This document shows, in pieces, positions 49,027-63,095 of a stretch of DNA of 64,000 nt; the first letter of the stretch is position 1; each line of letters starts with the position of its first letter. Made by a program: the position numbers and the translations under genes. A model generated the notes under the pieces. The model made no database searches and was not told the origin of the DNA. It saw nothing but the letters and a program-made list of their open reading frames with translations. The stretch comes from Podarcis muralis (lineage: Eukaryota), in the NCBI RefSeq assembly GCF_964188315.1, contig NC_135659.1, positions 59,458,001 to 59,522,000 on the forward strand, given 5' to 3'.

Positions 49027-51230
49027 GTGTAGATGCTCAGAAGCACAGCATTACTACTATGAAAAGGAATTTAGGTGTTTTTTTATTGCTTTCACTCTGA
49101 TGGGTGTGGTGGTGAGGTGATACTCAGAACCATCTGCTGTGGTAACAGTGGTGTTCTGTATTCCCCAAGTGGGGCAGATGTTCTAACAAACTACACCCTC
49201 ATTTTAAAATCAGCCAATGTTAGGTGCTTAAAGCTCGGTTGCTATAGAATGCTCATTCCTTTAAGGTGTCAGTTTGTGACCCAATGCTGCAGTCATCCTT
49301 CCCACAGTTCTGCTGTGCGCGTCTACCAGTGGAATTTAGTCGTGGTGCAATAAGGTTAGACGCCTCTAGTTTTCCCTCTGTGGGGTTAACAGCAGCTTCA
49401 AGAGGGGGGTATTTGTCGGGGAAGAAGCACAGACAAGGGTTAAACATCCCCTTCTGCTGCACCACTGCTGTGATCAAATTTGTAGCCCCATATGACTGTG
49501 TCAAAGTAAACCCAAAACCAACAGGAGATCCATTATATCGGATCTGCCACATCATGTATAATTTGACTCTTAGTGCACAAGCCTTACATTCTGAGATTTT
49601 TTCTTTCAGGGAGTCTTGGCAAAGTTTGCCAGCTGATAACACTGCTTGCTGAGATGTTCCAGCTTTCATCCATCTCTTGTCTGATTGGTTGTAGTGGATA
49701 TTTAATGGATGTGTCCCTGGAGAGTTACAGTAATACCTTATTGTTGTATTACTTCTTTCTTTTTGACAACAGTAGTCTATTACTCATTGCCACCTGACTG
49801 GGGTTGTTTCCAGGGCAGCATTTTTTCCTCCTCTGAAGAAATACCTGTGAAAAATGTTAGGTACACATATGTGGATTTCCGCATTCTAACTCAAATATTA
49901 TTCTTGCATGGTTGGTGTTCTCTGGAAAGAAGATAATATGTCTGGACTAGCCCTCTGACCCAAGCCTTTCGAGGGGTTGATCATGGATTGTCACAGATGA
50001 ATATTCAGGTTGCAAGAGCATTGGCTTTCAGAGCAACGGAGACCTATGCAACTCAATGAAAGCTTTTGGTATCTGTGCTTTCGTCAGAACAGAACAGAGG
50101 GGATGTATGGGTACAGCGACAGCACTGTTCAGGTGGCCATCTTGAGATGAAATGACAAGCTGTTTCAGGCTGCAGAGGTGAGCAGAAGGAGGTTTTTTAG
50201 TGGATAGGAAGAATTTACAGGCTGCCTGAGACTTTTGATCTGTTAAGTAGCATATCTCTGGTGGTGGCTAAGCATCAGTGTCCCATAGGGAGGCAGAGGG
50301 CATATGTGAGATAATCTGCACCCATAATAGTTTCATCCTTAATACTACCTAATAATTAAATGCTTGTTCAGACCCTAAAGCAGGAGATTATATCTCCTCC
50401 GTCTGCAACAAAATTTATCAGGATTAACCACAGTGAGGCTGGGCTGCTATTGCTAATTATCCCTGCAACACTGCTGCCCATATCTTTTTCTTCTTCTTTT
50501 TTCTGCTTTCTGAACATCCACAGGTGATGTTCTGATCAGGTAGAGATGCCGTGTTCCAGCTGGTCATGGGAACTGACTTTGCCGCTGTCCCTTGCCAAGA
50601 TTTTCCAAGGCTGAGCTAATAAAACATCTGACTTTGATGGTGGTTTAATTAGTTGCTTTTGGCTTTAATGTCAACGGATAACAAAGTTTCCATAGGCTTA
50701 CAACCCTTCCCTATATTTTCCGTTTTTAATCTTCTTTCCTTTCTCTTGTTTCTGCTTGGAGGGGAAAAGAGAGAGGCACCGTCTGGCCTCTCGCTATGTG
50801 TAGTCTGAAGAAAAGAAGGTTCTGTGTGATGCCGGATTAAATTTTAATAATGTTGATGCTGCCTGAGGATGTCACAGCCCGTCGCTTCCATGAACCACGC
50901 ATCATGGCAGTGGGCAGCTGCATTATGACCCCAGTTTGCAAGGAGGCCCACGAAGGCAAGAAAGGCAGTGTTGTTTGCCCAAGCTCATCTGACAGATCAG
51001 GGGGTGAGCCAGAGATGGAACACCAGCTGACCTTGGCATATCAGAGGGGCAGCCGAAATGACCTCATCTGAATATTTCAAGTCCCCATCCTAACCGGTTG
51101 TTATGATGTAGGGCAGGTCCTCCACGTTACAGAGGCCCGACTGATTCCATGCCGTAGGACACTCTTCCCACAGAGATTCTACAGGCATCCTCATGACTGA
51201 GTTTCAAGACATCTCTTGAAGACCCTTTTA

Positions 51231-51456
51231 CAGTGGTACCTCAGGTTACATACTTAATGCGTTCCGGAAGTCCGTTCTTAACCTGAAGCACCACTTTAGC
51301 TAATGGGGCCTCCTGCTGCCTCTGCGCCGCCGGAGCACGATTTCTGTTCTCATCCTGAAGCAAAGTTCTTAACCTGAAGCACTATTTCTGGGTTAGCAGA
51401 GTCTGTAACCTGAAGCGTTATGTAACCTAAAGCCTATGTAACCCGAGGTACCACTG
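51231..51456. mobile_element. Tigger-like MITE
   Basis: TA-CAGTGGTACCTCAGGTT...AACCCGAGGTACCACTG-TA; same family as 42622-42863. Confidence 0.92.
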
Positions 51457-52609
51457 TATACCAACAGGCTTATGTAGTGTGTCATGGTGGTTAGGGTGTC
51501 AGACTCAGGTTTGGGAAACCAGGGTTCTAGTCCTAACATGATCATGAAGGATTAAGTGGAACAGGGAGAGCTATATATGCCACAAGATAAGCCTGTCATT
51601 TTTGTTATTGTATTTGTGGTATGTTATGTTTTATTGTACTGGTTGTTGTACACTGCCTTGATATTTTAAATAGGTTGGTATTAATAAAATGAGTGTTTTC
51701 CCATTGCCTTTGTTTCCCCACATTTGCCTTGGGAATTGAACTGATTCTAGGGGAGGAAAGAAAGTGCATGCCTGCTACTATACTTGGTTGCTTCAAGGGT
51801 GCACAGCCACAAAGCACTGCTTTTTTCTTCAGCAAACTTGAAATGAGTGTTGGTACCAACAATGCCCTTGCGGCATTCCTCTGGAGCTTAAGAGACGTTT
51901 CTGTTCTTTCAGGTTAGGCATGAAGGCAGGCTTGCCTGGTGACCTTCAGTAAGAATCCCCTCCAGGTCAGCTAGGAAAACAAGCATCCAGTGAAACAAAC
52001 CAAATAACTAGGAAAAAGAGTCATTAAATTTTTTTATTATGGCCTCATGTACCAGAAATGAATCACATAACTAGGCACAGGGAGGTGGGCCAGTAAAAAT
52101 AACTTTTGTGGACTTCACTGGAAAGCTGTTTGGGGGAGATGTGACTATGCTATCTGCATTTGTATCCCACCTTTCCATTTCTAGTTGGAACACCCCAAAT
52201 AATTTTAAACAATCAAATTTAAACTGGATTGGAAAATGCAGATGGGGGGGGGGGCTGCAGATAAAATCAAAGGGAAGTGATACACAATACCCTGAGCAAA
52301 ATGGTGTGTGATGTAGCAGTCAGATTGGTCATTTCCAAGCAGAGGCAGCATTAGAGCCCAGCCTAGGTGTGGCAGATCAATACTTGGTTCTCTTGGTGTC
52401 CTTAGCCCCCTTCATGTGTTTTTCATGTTCATGAGCACAAGGGGTGTGGGGCCCAGCCCCTGATGTCATGTGTTGCGCACTGAAGTCTGCAGCAGCGCAG
52501 ATTTTCCCCATGCCATGGAAGTCTATGGGTATCATGTTCTCTGTGTGTACATCTCACAGAAATCCACACATTGATCCAGCACAGTCAGGAAAAGAGAAAT
52601 AACTTGGGA

Positions 52610-52750
52610 GAAGAGCATCATCATTGCTTGCAGAAGGCCTCAGGTTCAATCCCCAGTATCTCCAGGTAGGGCTTTCCATATCTAAAACTTTGGAGAGCCA
52701 CTGCCAGTCAGTGTAGCTATTGACCTGACTTGGTATAAGATACCTTCCTA
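52610..52750 (+). mobile_element. Degenerate tRNA-derived SINE
   Basis: agagcatc...caggttcaatccccag B-box-like head, tail gacttggtataagataccttccta. Confidence 0.6.
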
Positions 52751-53389
52751 AGTTTACAACCCTGGAGGCAAGTCCAGCAGTGAAGCTCCGTAGCCCCATG
52801 TACTTGTGGAGCCCCCTTCATGTGAGTGATACATGAAGGTCCCCCCCCCCCTTATTTAAAAGCAGCTCCACACCCACACTTGGATTCAGGCAGTAGTACT
52901 GAGGGGGATGGGTTAACCCAAATCTCATGTATCATATCCTTTATTGGCATTGATTAGCCCTGCCCAAAGCTTCTGTTAGGGATACTGGATGGTGAAATGA
53001 GATACAACAATATTTGCCTTCCTGGGCCAAATGGAAACTTCGGGGGCTGATTTTAATCAGAAAATTGGTGCAGTGGGAGAGGTTAACCCTCCAATCCAAA
53101 TTGGTAGGGCCCTTGAGTATTATTAAGACTTTTTAAAAGGCATGAGAGATCCTGTTTGACAGATCTCCTGCATTGCATGTCTGTTTTGGCCCTTATATAG
53201 GAAGGATGGAGGGCACTGACTGAAGCTGTAAGGTCCTTATATAGTCTGAGTGTGTCTTAAAGAATGAAGGCATCGGCTGCCAAGACTTCTGTCACTGCAT
53301 AAATGCAGTCATTGAAGATTGTTTGAAGATTGTGGATCAGCAGCCAGGATCTCCTTGAAGTCTTGATATCTCGGTGCTTTTCCCTAGCT

Positions 53390-53560
53390 TTGAAGCTGAA
53401 TTACTGCACTACAGTGAGCAAGTCACTTACCTCTCAGTGCCCTCAAAGCCCAGACTCCCCGCCCCATCTCGCCCTTTATCTGTGTGCACTGAATAAATTC
53501 TTCAGAGCAGGGACTGCTTTTCAGCTGATGTATGCACAGTGCCATAAAACAAGTCATTAA
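53390..53560 (+). mobile_element. Ancient MIR/CORE-type SINE remnant
   Basis: gtgagcaagtcacttacctctcagtgccctc matches the CORE-SINE motif; L2-like tail. Confidence 0.5.
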
Positions 53561-54119
53561 TTAGAAATTATGTATTTTGCAGCTGTGTACACTACCGCAT
53601 TGGGTTTAACAAATCGCTGCACTTCAGAATGGAGGCAAAGCTCTGTTTGTTCTGAGAATTAATCCCTGCTATTGTGAGAAATAATAGGGCAGTGTTGAAT
53701 AAGAGCATCTTCTCAGGCTCGCCCCACATGCCTGCCGGGAACAAGGGGGGCTAGCGGCTTGCCAGACCACCTCTTGGGCTGCTCTTACACAGGAGCACTG
53801 TGGATGGGCAGGCTGGTAGAAATGGGTTGTGGGCCTTTGAGGACTTCCACGCAAGTCTTGACGAACAAGGCAGAGCCCATTTTGACATGTTGCTGTGTGG
53901 CTTGCAAGCATGATGTCCTGGTCTGGTCTGATGCCGGATCCCATGGAGAAGGTGGTAAGGCAGGGCAAAGGCAAAGACCGTTTAAGCTTTTGTCCGCAGA
54001 TGACCTCTAAGCTCCACGCTGTCAAGGAGAACTTCAGAGCCTTAAAAACCCAACCCCCGGTCTGAAGACAGGAACTCCTCCCTCATTCCATAACCTCCCT
54101 CCTGGTGCACTCCCTGCAT

Positions 54120-54306
54120 TTGTGTGTGCTCTGGTTTCTGTTACGGTGTTCCGTTATGCCAGAAGTGGTTTAGTCATGCTGGCCACATGACCTGTAAAGC
54201 TGTCTGTGGACAAACACTGGCTCCCTCGGCCTGAAAGCAAGATGAGCGCCACACCCCACAGTCCTCTTTGACTGGACTTAACTGTCAAGGGATCCTTTGC
54301 CTTTAC
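54120..54306 (+). mobile_element. Sauria SINE 3' half
   Basis: gccagaagtggtttagtcatgctggccacatgacc...gggatcctttgcctttac matches 18010-18166. Confidence 0.88.
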
Positions 54307-56259
54307 ACTCCCTATATTGCTGGACTGGTGAAGTGTGATGGGAGGCATCTGGTTCTTTGGAAGAAGGCACCCATGAGGGTCTTGGGCTCTGGTCCTGGAG
54401 GGTACTTCAGGGTCTTCTGTTAGCCAGTCTCGGTCATAGTGGTCCCCTGATCTCCAGCTATCTGCTTAGAGCCCTGAACTTTATCTAGCTCCTCAGCTGA
54501 TGCCTCTACAGCCTCCAACTTTGTGTCTGAATTGCTTCTGGATTCAGGGATCATGATACCTGCTTGCGCTCATGTAAGATGTGAAGTGAGAGAGTCTTGG
54601 ATTTCACCTTCTAGCAGCATGATGCCCACTTCTCCCATGGTGCACTTCCCCCATTGCAGGGAAGTATATGTGAATCCTGGCTGTTCAAGACCAGTTGGGA
54701 CATAGAAGAGAGCCTTCTATGTGGCTGCACCTGAAAGGTGGAACTCAGGTGGTCTGTACTGACCTTCTGCCTACTAATCAATATTTTTTTAAAAAAATAT
54801 TGCAGGCATTTGGCCTACCAGCTTGATCAGCTTTTAGCAGCATGTCTCTTTGTTTTAGGCTACTTGTTTGTGTTGCTCCCAGTAGCAGACAAGGTGATGA
54901 GATAGCGGCACTCTCCTGTTTACTGGAAAGGAGAATGGGGGGGCAAGGTGGTGGGGAGGTTGGTGCAGTGCAAACGCACTGAAAGAGCTAACCTGGAGTT
55001 CCTGTTGGTGGGTTTGCACCATGCCAGCCACCCAGCTGCATCACCAGTCGCCCACTCCTTCACGGTAATCCGCAGGTGACTCAGCTGTGAGGAGGTCAGG
55101 TGAATGGTGCTGCCATACCATGCTGGCTGTTACTGGGAGCAGCATATACAAATAGTCTAATATGATCTGCTAAAATGTCATCAACCCAGCAGGCTAAATG
55201 CTTGCCAGGCGGTATAGAAATGAAATAAACAAATAAAACATTTTTTTTTTAAAATGCCTTACCTACTGCCTGCTCCGGTTTTCTTGCTTTTGCTGTAGTT
55301 ATTGTATTCTGAACAGCTCCTGTGGTGGTTGTTACCCCTTTCTTCATATTGCCAATATGCTTGAAGGGCAGGATATAAATCTGCTGTAACAGTGGCTGCT
55401 TAAGGGGTGACCCAGCTGGATGGGTGGGGTATGGATAATAAAATTATTCTTATTCTTATTAAGTACATAAAATAAAAAGCCACATGGGCTGTGCACATCT
55501 TCTCTGAGCATTCCTGCTGGAGTGATGGGTGGGGGGAAATCCCATGTGATTGACCACACCCATGTGACTACTTCTTTCTCTCTCACCCCAGCAGCTGTGG
55601 AGAATGATTTCTTAGGGAAGCAGTCCCTTGCCGTGTTGTGGGCTGTGCATGTGGAGGGGGACCTAAATACTGTGACACCCAGCGGTGACATCCTGACCAG
55701 TCCTTCCTTGTGACTAGAATACCTTTTCCTAGTCTGAATGTTTAGGAAACAGTGCTGTTCCCTGTTCGCCCGTCCTTCCATCTTCCTTTTTTTGTTATGC
55801 TTTTTAAGCTGGAGAGAGCAAAGGTGCATTTGCCCTTCCAGGCAGAGGACAAACATCCCACTTCAGCCCACCAGTCTTATCAAAACTATCTTTCTGCGTG
55901 GCTGTATCTCCCCCCCCTCCTTGCCCACCCACCATTGCCGTCTGCCAGTTAGGCTTGGTTGTGGAAACTGTGACGTTCACAGTATGCTTATTAAAAGGCA
56001 GAATGATAGCAGCTGTCAGGAATGGTAAGGAGCTTTTTGAATTCTTAATCTATGAGATGCTTTTATATCCCCCCCCCCCCAATCTTCTCTTTTAGGCTTG
56101 TCATCCTTTTAAAGAGAGACCAGGACAGATTTTTTTTTACTGGTGTTAAAAAAAAGAGCACCTCCAGCCTCCACTGATGCGATCTTGTTGATGAGATGTG
56201 CACAGTGTGCGTTCTCCTTGAAGTGCTCTTTGTAACCCAACCCAGGCTTGCTTTGCTGT

Positions 56260-56500
56260 TGTTGGTTATTTGTATTTATTATATAGACCAGAGGGCCTTG
56301 GTGCTGTGCAAAGTCACAAGGGAGGGAGGGAATTCTTGTCTGTCAGCGCAGATCTAAGTAGATAACCGGTGAGAAGGAAGGTGGCTTCTTGTCCCTGTTT
56401 TACATATGGTACATTTGTGAGGGAGAATGCGAGGCAGGCGGGCAGGCTAAATGACCTTTCCAAAGTCTGACGGAATTGCTGATAGGGCAGGTACTGAATC
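56260..56500 (-). mobile_element. Ancient MIR/CORE-type SINE remnant
   Basis: Minus strand gactttggaaaggtcatttagcctgc...catatgtaaaacaggga resembles the CORE consensus; ends aataaatacaaataa. Confidence 0.45.
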
Positions 56501-59500
56501 GTAAGTATTTCAGTCATCCTGACGGATCATCGATAGAAGGCGTTTCTTTCTCGTTTGCCTTTGTGGGTAGAAGAGCAACAGGCTTCCAAGAAGGTAGGCA
56601 CAGAGGTCACAAGGGTAGCTTGAGCACAGCCAGGGATCTGCCCACATCAACATCCACCCTGAGATTAAATTTGTGGGTCCCAGGGCAGGTGTGTCTGTGT
56701 GTCAAAAAATCTAATAGTTGTTGCAGGTCCTCTTTTTCATATGGACCCTCTGAAGTGGGAGGGAAATCTGTATGGGACAGTGAGCAATGGCATAATAATG
56801 GCATTATTTTCATCACACTGCTGTTCATGCTATTATTAGGCTCCATTGAAAAATGACAAAGAAGGGAGCAAAGTTTCCAGCTTGTCACTCCCTTCTGATG
56901 GACTTAAATGCTTCCTCAACCCTTTGTGACATTGCAGTTGGTCCTAACAAATATATTAATTAAGCTACTGATTTATGACCTCGGTTTCTGGTTGGTTTCT
57001 ACATGTTGAGAAGGTGATTTGGAGTCTGAAGAGAGTTGAAATGGAGTTCAGCAGGCCTTGGTTTGAACTCCCTTCCTCTCATGGCTTTCCCCCACCCCGA
57101 AACTCTGGGCCTTTTAGCCTTGTCAAGGTATTTGTGAAGGTGCTGACAAATCCTGAAAATCCACAGCCCCCTTCATAGAACTGCCCTCCCTGGGATTCTG
57201 TGTGTCACAAGCCATAACAGTTGAACAGGTCTGAAATGGGCTTGAATTTGCAAGCCTCCAAGAATGAGAACAGAATACATCGGGGCTCCTTCAGCTTGCC
57301 AGTTCAAATCTTTCCGTTGTCATTACTCACTTAGAGCCAGTTATCTTTTGGCAGGAGGAAAACTGAAGTGAAATGAGCCTGGTGGTTGTTGACCACTTGT
57401 TGGGGGAACTCCTGGCTTGTTGCAGAGGGCAAAAAACCTTTGAAGACAGAATGAACCTCTCACCATGGAGTGGGGTTCATCATACACTCTGCTGAGTGGG
57501 TGGTTTATTTGTTGATTAGGAGAGGCGATTTCAGCAGGTGTAGCTGTTTGTTTCTTTTCTCCTGGCCATCCAAACTGGTAAGGAGACTCCAAATGGGCTG
57601 CTTAACCAACAGCTACTCAAAGTCTTAACTGTTTCGTAGGAGTTGTAATCTGCAGTCGCAGTAGAGTTCAGTCCACAAAGCCATTTCCCCCCCAGCCACA
57701 CCCCACACCTCATGTCACATGAGCTCAATAGGTAAATGTGTACAGGACTGCAGCCTAAAGGCTTTCGATGGCTGCCCTGGACTAGCAGTCATGTTTGTGA
57801 GATCTGACAGCTAAAGATGGAAAATGTGATGTCAGGACAAGGGTGCTTAATAGCAACTACTTAGTTACAGTAGCTCCAAAAGATGGTGCCACAAGAAAGG
57901 AAGTATGTACAGAATGACACTGTTGTCAAACCTCTTTCTGTTTTCTTGGGTCTCCTGCAATATTTGCGATAAAGCCTGGATGGATTTTGATGGTATGGCA
58001 GAAGCAATAGGAGGTCCTAAATGTGTTTAGGACTGCAGCCATTGGCTTCAATTCTCTGCAGACTTACCTGCTGGTAACCTTCACTTTACACAGAGGAATT
58101 TATTCTTGAGTAAGCATACATAGTGCTGTTGCATATGCATAAGAGTTCTGCACAGAGCTGTAGTAGAGTTCGTCATACTCTACTAAGTTGTAAAACTAAA
58201 ATTGAATTTTTTGAAGCTGGGCAGTGATTTAAAACATTCCCTAGTGACAACATACAGCATAGCTTGGAGAGGTTGCAGGAATGGGCTGTGTTCCATATTA
58301 GTCAGCTCTCCAGGACAGTGGATGTGCAAAGTGAATTTGAGTGCAGTTCTATGATACACTGTATAAGATTTTTCTTTTTGTTTTTTTATCGCTTGAGCTT
58401 TCCCTTTTGGGTTAGAAAACTGTTGTGTTGTACTGTAAGGTCTGCAAGGAGACTGCTACAAATGTTAGCTGAACAAATTTGTTCATATGCTGAATAAACT
58501 GCCCGCCCTTCTCTGGTTTTGCAGTACACTTCTGTGCATCTGTGGGCGAGTCATTTCCTCCTTCGTCCTAGTTGCCAGGACTAACACCACATGGGATTAT
58601 TTTTTTGATCCATTCATTTGTACTTGCCCATGCGGTGTGGGAAGCCATTGAAGGACCGAAGCAGATTGTTTGATACATACTCAGAGGAGATAGTTGCTGG
58701 TGATTAAGATGGGTTATATATTCTCTTGGAAATGTTATACTGTTTGCTGGTACTTTGAACTCAACAATGAATGAGCTCATTGACAAATGGAAGTGAAACA
58801 TTTTGTTGGAATGTTTTGCCAGTATTCTATGCCTGCCTATTTTCACTACTGTCAGCTGCTTCCAAAATAAGGTGACAAAAGTGTGAGTCAACATGAGAAG
58901 AAAAGGACCCTATTGCCATCAAGAGAGGAAAGTATATTTGGTTGCAGATGCTAAATGTTTTCCAAACAAAAATTCCTCGTTATCTCTTTGCTGAATCTCT
59001 TGCCAAAAAATGGGCTACAAGGTATTGCCTGGGGCGTTGGCACCTGCATAAGTCATTTCCATGGCCAGCCCACAGGTGTTGATGGCTAATTTCTCCCTCT
59101 GACATCCCTAAATGTAAGAAGTGAAACCCTGTGGCTCAAATGGTTTGAATTTAGATTAAGTTTCTGGAAATGGGAGGCTGCAGTGGGCATCATGGAGAGC
59201 AATAGTTCCTAGCTTTTATTTTTACTTAGGGGATTCCGGACTTGTCAGTCAGCCCCACACCTGACCCTCAAGTATGACCCATCCAGTATGTCTTTGTGCT
59301 GCTCTTTCCCCCAGCATCTGGTGCCTGCAGATCTGAACTCGCCCGTTAGGAATTACAATTCACAAGGTCCTCTGCAACACAGGACATCTGAGACCTGTGC
59401 AGTGGTGGTAGAAGGAGGAGGCCTTTTGGCTCACTTGTTGAAGGTCAGGTTTTTAAAAGCCACAGGCTACTGTACCTCCTGGGAACCTGTAATTACTGGG

Positions 59501-59761
59501 ACATCTGCTGGAAGACAAAAGGAACTTTACACAATTCATCAGGGAAAGATGATTATTTGTGTAGCTGCTTCATGGAAGCATCAAAACAATGGATGGCCTT
59601 TTAAAAACATTTCTGGAACAGCAATGTTGTTGTTGTTGTTGTTCTTGTTAAGAGCTGGGTTCTTTCTCAAGCTGAAGGGCCAGTGTTCAGTACATAAGCC
59701 AGTAGAGATCTTTATATGCTGCTCTGTACATTTGGTCCTGCTCTTGCAGAGGTGATGGGTA

Positions 59762-59971
59762 CAGTGGTACCTTGGTTTGCAACCACTTTGGATTACAACT
59801 GTTTTGGATTACAACCACATCAAATCCAGACGTGCATGTCCCTTTTTTTTGGATTACAACACATTTTGGGGGGGAGGCCCCATTGGCAAAAGCGCACATT
59901 GGGTTACAACCTGTTTTGGTTTACAACTGGACCTCTGGAACAGATTATGGTTGTAAACCAAGGTACCACTG
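59762..59971. mobile_element. Tigger-like MITE
   Basis: TA-CAGTGGTACCTTGGTTT...AAACCAAGGTACCACTG-TA; internal repeats of ggattacaac. Confidence 0.92.
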
Positions 59972-62900
59972 TATTCTTCTTGCAGAACCATTCCCCCCTT
60001 TCCTTCCCCATTCTTTTCACCATTGCATCCTCCCATCTGGTCAGCTGTGATGTTGCTCTCGCTCCTCTGCTTGCATGCAAAGCTCAGCCTGGGAGGGAGT
60101 GTGTCTGCTTGCAGCTGGCACTGTATTCATGCCTGGAGGCGTTGGCTGTGGGGTGGTGCGTAGGAACTTCCAGGCAGGTGGACAGGATTGTGGAGTCAGT
60201 GCAAGCTGGGTCCATGGGAGCAGATGGCTGGGCTTGTGGCCATGCAAGTGTTTGCCCAAATGGACTTCTTTGTGGAAGGAAAAAAAAAAACCAGAATATT
60301 GTGGCGCTTGTCCTGGCTCCCACCCTCCAATGAAACACTCAGACTCTTGGCTTGGGATATTCCAAAGGTTTTGTTAAAGAAGCTATTACATGGTCTCAGC
60401 ATGAGCTCAGGTTCCAAGGATCTCAGTTTAAAGGTGCAGTGGTAGAGTCTAGGATACATGGCTAGGCAAAGCATAGACATAGATACAACATCTGGCATGT
60501 CCCTCCTGCAAGGCTATCATTGGATAGCTCTTATCCTAAACAAGAAGACTGGACTCACAAACAAGCACATGTACAGTATGGACATAGGGAGCGGGGACTG
60601 TTCATCTCTGTGCCAACAGTGGTGCCTGCTTGGTGATGGGACTTGCATCCAGACCTTTCCCTCTCCCCCTCCTTCTGACTCAGCTGGCTCAGGCTCCCCT
60701 GATTTGGTCATTGGCTCCTCTGCTCCCTTGGTTCATTCTCATCAGAGTCCCCCTCCCTTGCTGCGACGACCAACGGCTTGGGGACCAGAGAACTATATAC
60801 CAAGTTGATCTTTTACCTCCCTCTTAAGTCTCTTGCAAAGCATGTTGCATTGATCAGGTTGAGGTTGATCCTATTTCCCGAATACTAACTTCAGTGCTTG
60901 TTTTTCTGACTTACTTTCTGTGGTGCTTTTAAGTCTAAAGGTTTTTTACAAAGACCATGAAATCTGAAGGTTTCTCTGCCATTCCTGGTGCCCTCCAGAT
61001 GTTCTGCTCCCCTCATCCCTGCATGGCTGGGGCTGATGGGAGTCTTGGGAAATGTTTCTTCAATACATAAATATAGACTTAAGCTGTAAATAATAGATGT
61101 TTTACAAATTGCAGAGGAAATACAGTAAGGCCTGAATAAAGAGAAGCTAGTGGGAGCCATTCCACTAATTCTAAGGAACATTTGCCCAGTTCTTCCTAAA
61201 GGAAGGGATTTATCCCATTCCCAGCTGCTGCAAGCCCAGTCAGTCCCACCCTAGGAAGTGGTTTGGTGGAATTACAGTTTCATAATCATTTGGCAGCGCT
61301 TAAGATGGGAGAGGGAGGCTTTCTCTTAAAACTGTGAAGTAATGCTTTATAGTTATAGCTAACTAGTCATAAAGGGCAGGTATCAATCCAAAAGTATATT
61401 GCAGAATTAAAGGGAAGACTGCAGCCATTTTTTTAAAAAAATTATTTTGCAATTTGAGGTCAAGATTAACACACGTTTTCAATTCTCCTTTAGCAGCCCT
61501 TCCTCTGCTTTTGGAGGCCATTGGTTTAAAAGTTGCACTTCCACTAAATACCCATGTTCTGCAGAAGAACAAGATAATTTCCACATCATTGTTATTCTGA
61601 TTTCTCAGCCAGCCTAGCTTTTTGTACAAGTCTACAGGTCTTGTTTACTGTGGTCTCATTGGAGTTGCTAGAAATTACTTTGCTCGTCTAAACTTATGGA
61701 GAGAGAATGTGGGAGCAAGAGAAAGCAGCACAAGATACCCATAGTTTGGGATGCTGGTGGGTTATTTATGATACAGCAAGTGGTGTCTGGAGGCTGATAG
61801 TCCATATCCTACACTTAGCAAGCCCTTGCAAATTTAGTTTCCACCTACAGTCAAAGCAGCCCAAATCTTGTCATATATGGGTAGGGCTGATATTGTACAA
61901 ATGATGGTTGAAATATTGTCCATGGATGTTCATGTCATCTGTTTAATCTTCCCATCACAAAGACTTAAGGTGCTCCCATTTGAATACAGGATATATATGT
62001 TTGCCATTGCCTGCAAAAAAATGATTTTCAGCCTAAGAAAACAGTTGTGTTAGCTTGTTTTTCTTCTTTAGCATCAGGTGCCCCCCACAAAAAAGAACTG
62101 AATTTGAATTCAGCAATAAATATTTGAGGATCTTTAGGCTTTTCTCTTCCCTTCCTCTTTTCCCTCTCTTTCTGCTGTGGTCTCCTCTTTCCCTGAGATT
62201 TCATCTGAACCAGTAAACTATGGTTTGCACTTGTGCTGCAAATTAGGATTGGAAGCTGGGATCAAGCCATTGTTCCCAATCCTGGTTTTCAGGACAAGTA
62301 AAACCATAGATTGCTTGTTTAGGTGAAATGGCAAACTATGGTGTGCTTCAAAGAGGAGAGGCAACAGGAAGAGGAACTGTACAAGCCAAAGGGTTCTTAA
62401 AGGCTTCTTGATGTAATACCAAGCCATGGTTTAGTGTTATATCAGAGTCAGACCATTTTGTACATTTTTCATTCTGCGGTTAGATTATTTCTGCGCAGGA
62501 GAGATGTCATATGAAGACTGTGGGCCTGTGGAGAAACCTCTGGATTTTGTTTCCTTTTTTTCTCTCTAATCTTTTAAAATTAGGGCTGCCCTTGAAAGGC
62601 GGTCGTCTTCAGGTCCAAACCGCCTCTTTCCTGGCAACTGCCCAATTAGCTTCATATGATTGTCTGTGGTTTAATTAGACCAGGGCTAGAAATATGCCAC
62701 AGATTCATTGTACAAGAATTCATATTGGCAGAAGGAAGCACATCTTCACGAAAGATGCGAACTTGACTTGCGGAATTTGCTGACCCATAGCCAGGTGGCC
62801 TTTCCAAATGTGTGGCTGCAAAAATGAAAGACTGGTCTTTTGGTCTATTGACAGCTATTAGCCATTATGGCTCTATGTAATCTATATGTTCAGAAGCAAT

Positions 62901-63040
62901 ATACATGGTAGTGCTCCATGCTGGTGCAAGTTTATGTGTTGCAGCCCCTGTCTTGTGGGTGCTGCGGTAAAACACTCCATGTGGCAGCTGTTACCTGCAG
63001 TGCACCATTTGACATTGGTAATTGGGATGCTTTTCATTAT

Positions 63041-63043
<3 letters not shown>

Positions 63044-63092
<49 letters not shown>
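63044..63092. repeat. (AG)n microsatellite
   Basis: Direct reading; produces the ERERER/SLSLSL ORFs. Confidence 0.97.

Positions 63093-63095
<3 letters not shown>

Noticed and set aside
58161-58185. Short perfect hairpins (58161-58185, 47584-47605, 52815-52839)
   Set aside because: 9-10 bp stems without supporting context; expected by chance or from decayed palindromic repeats.
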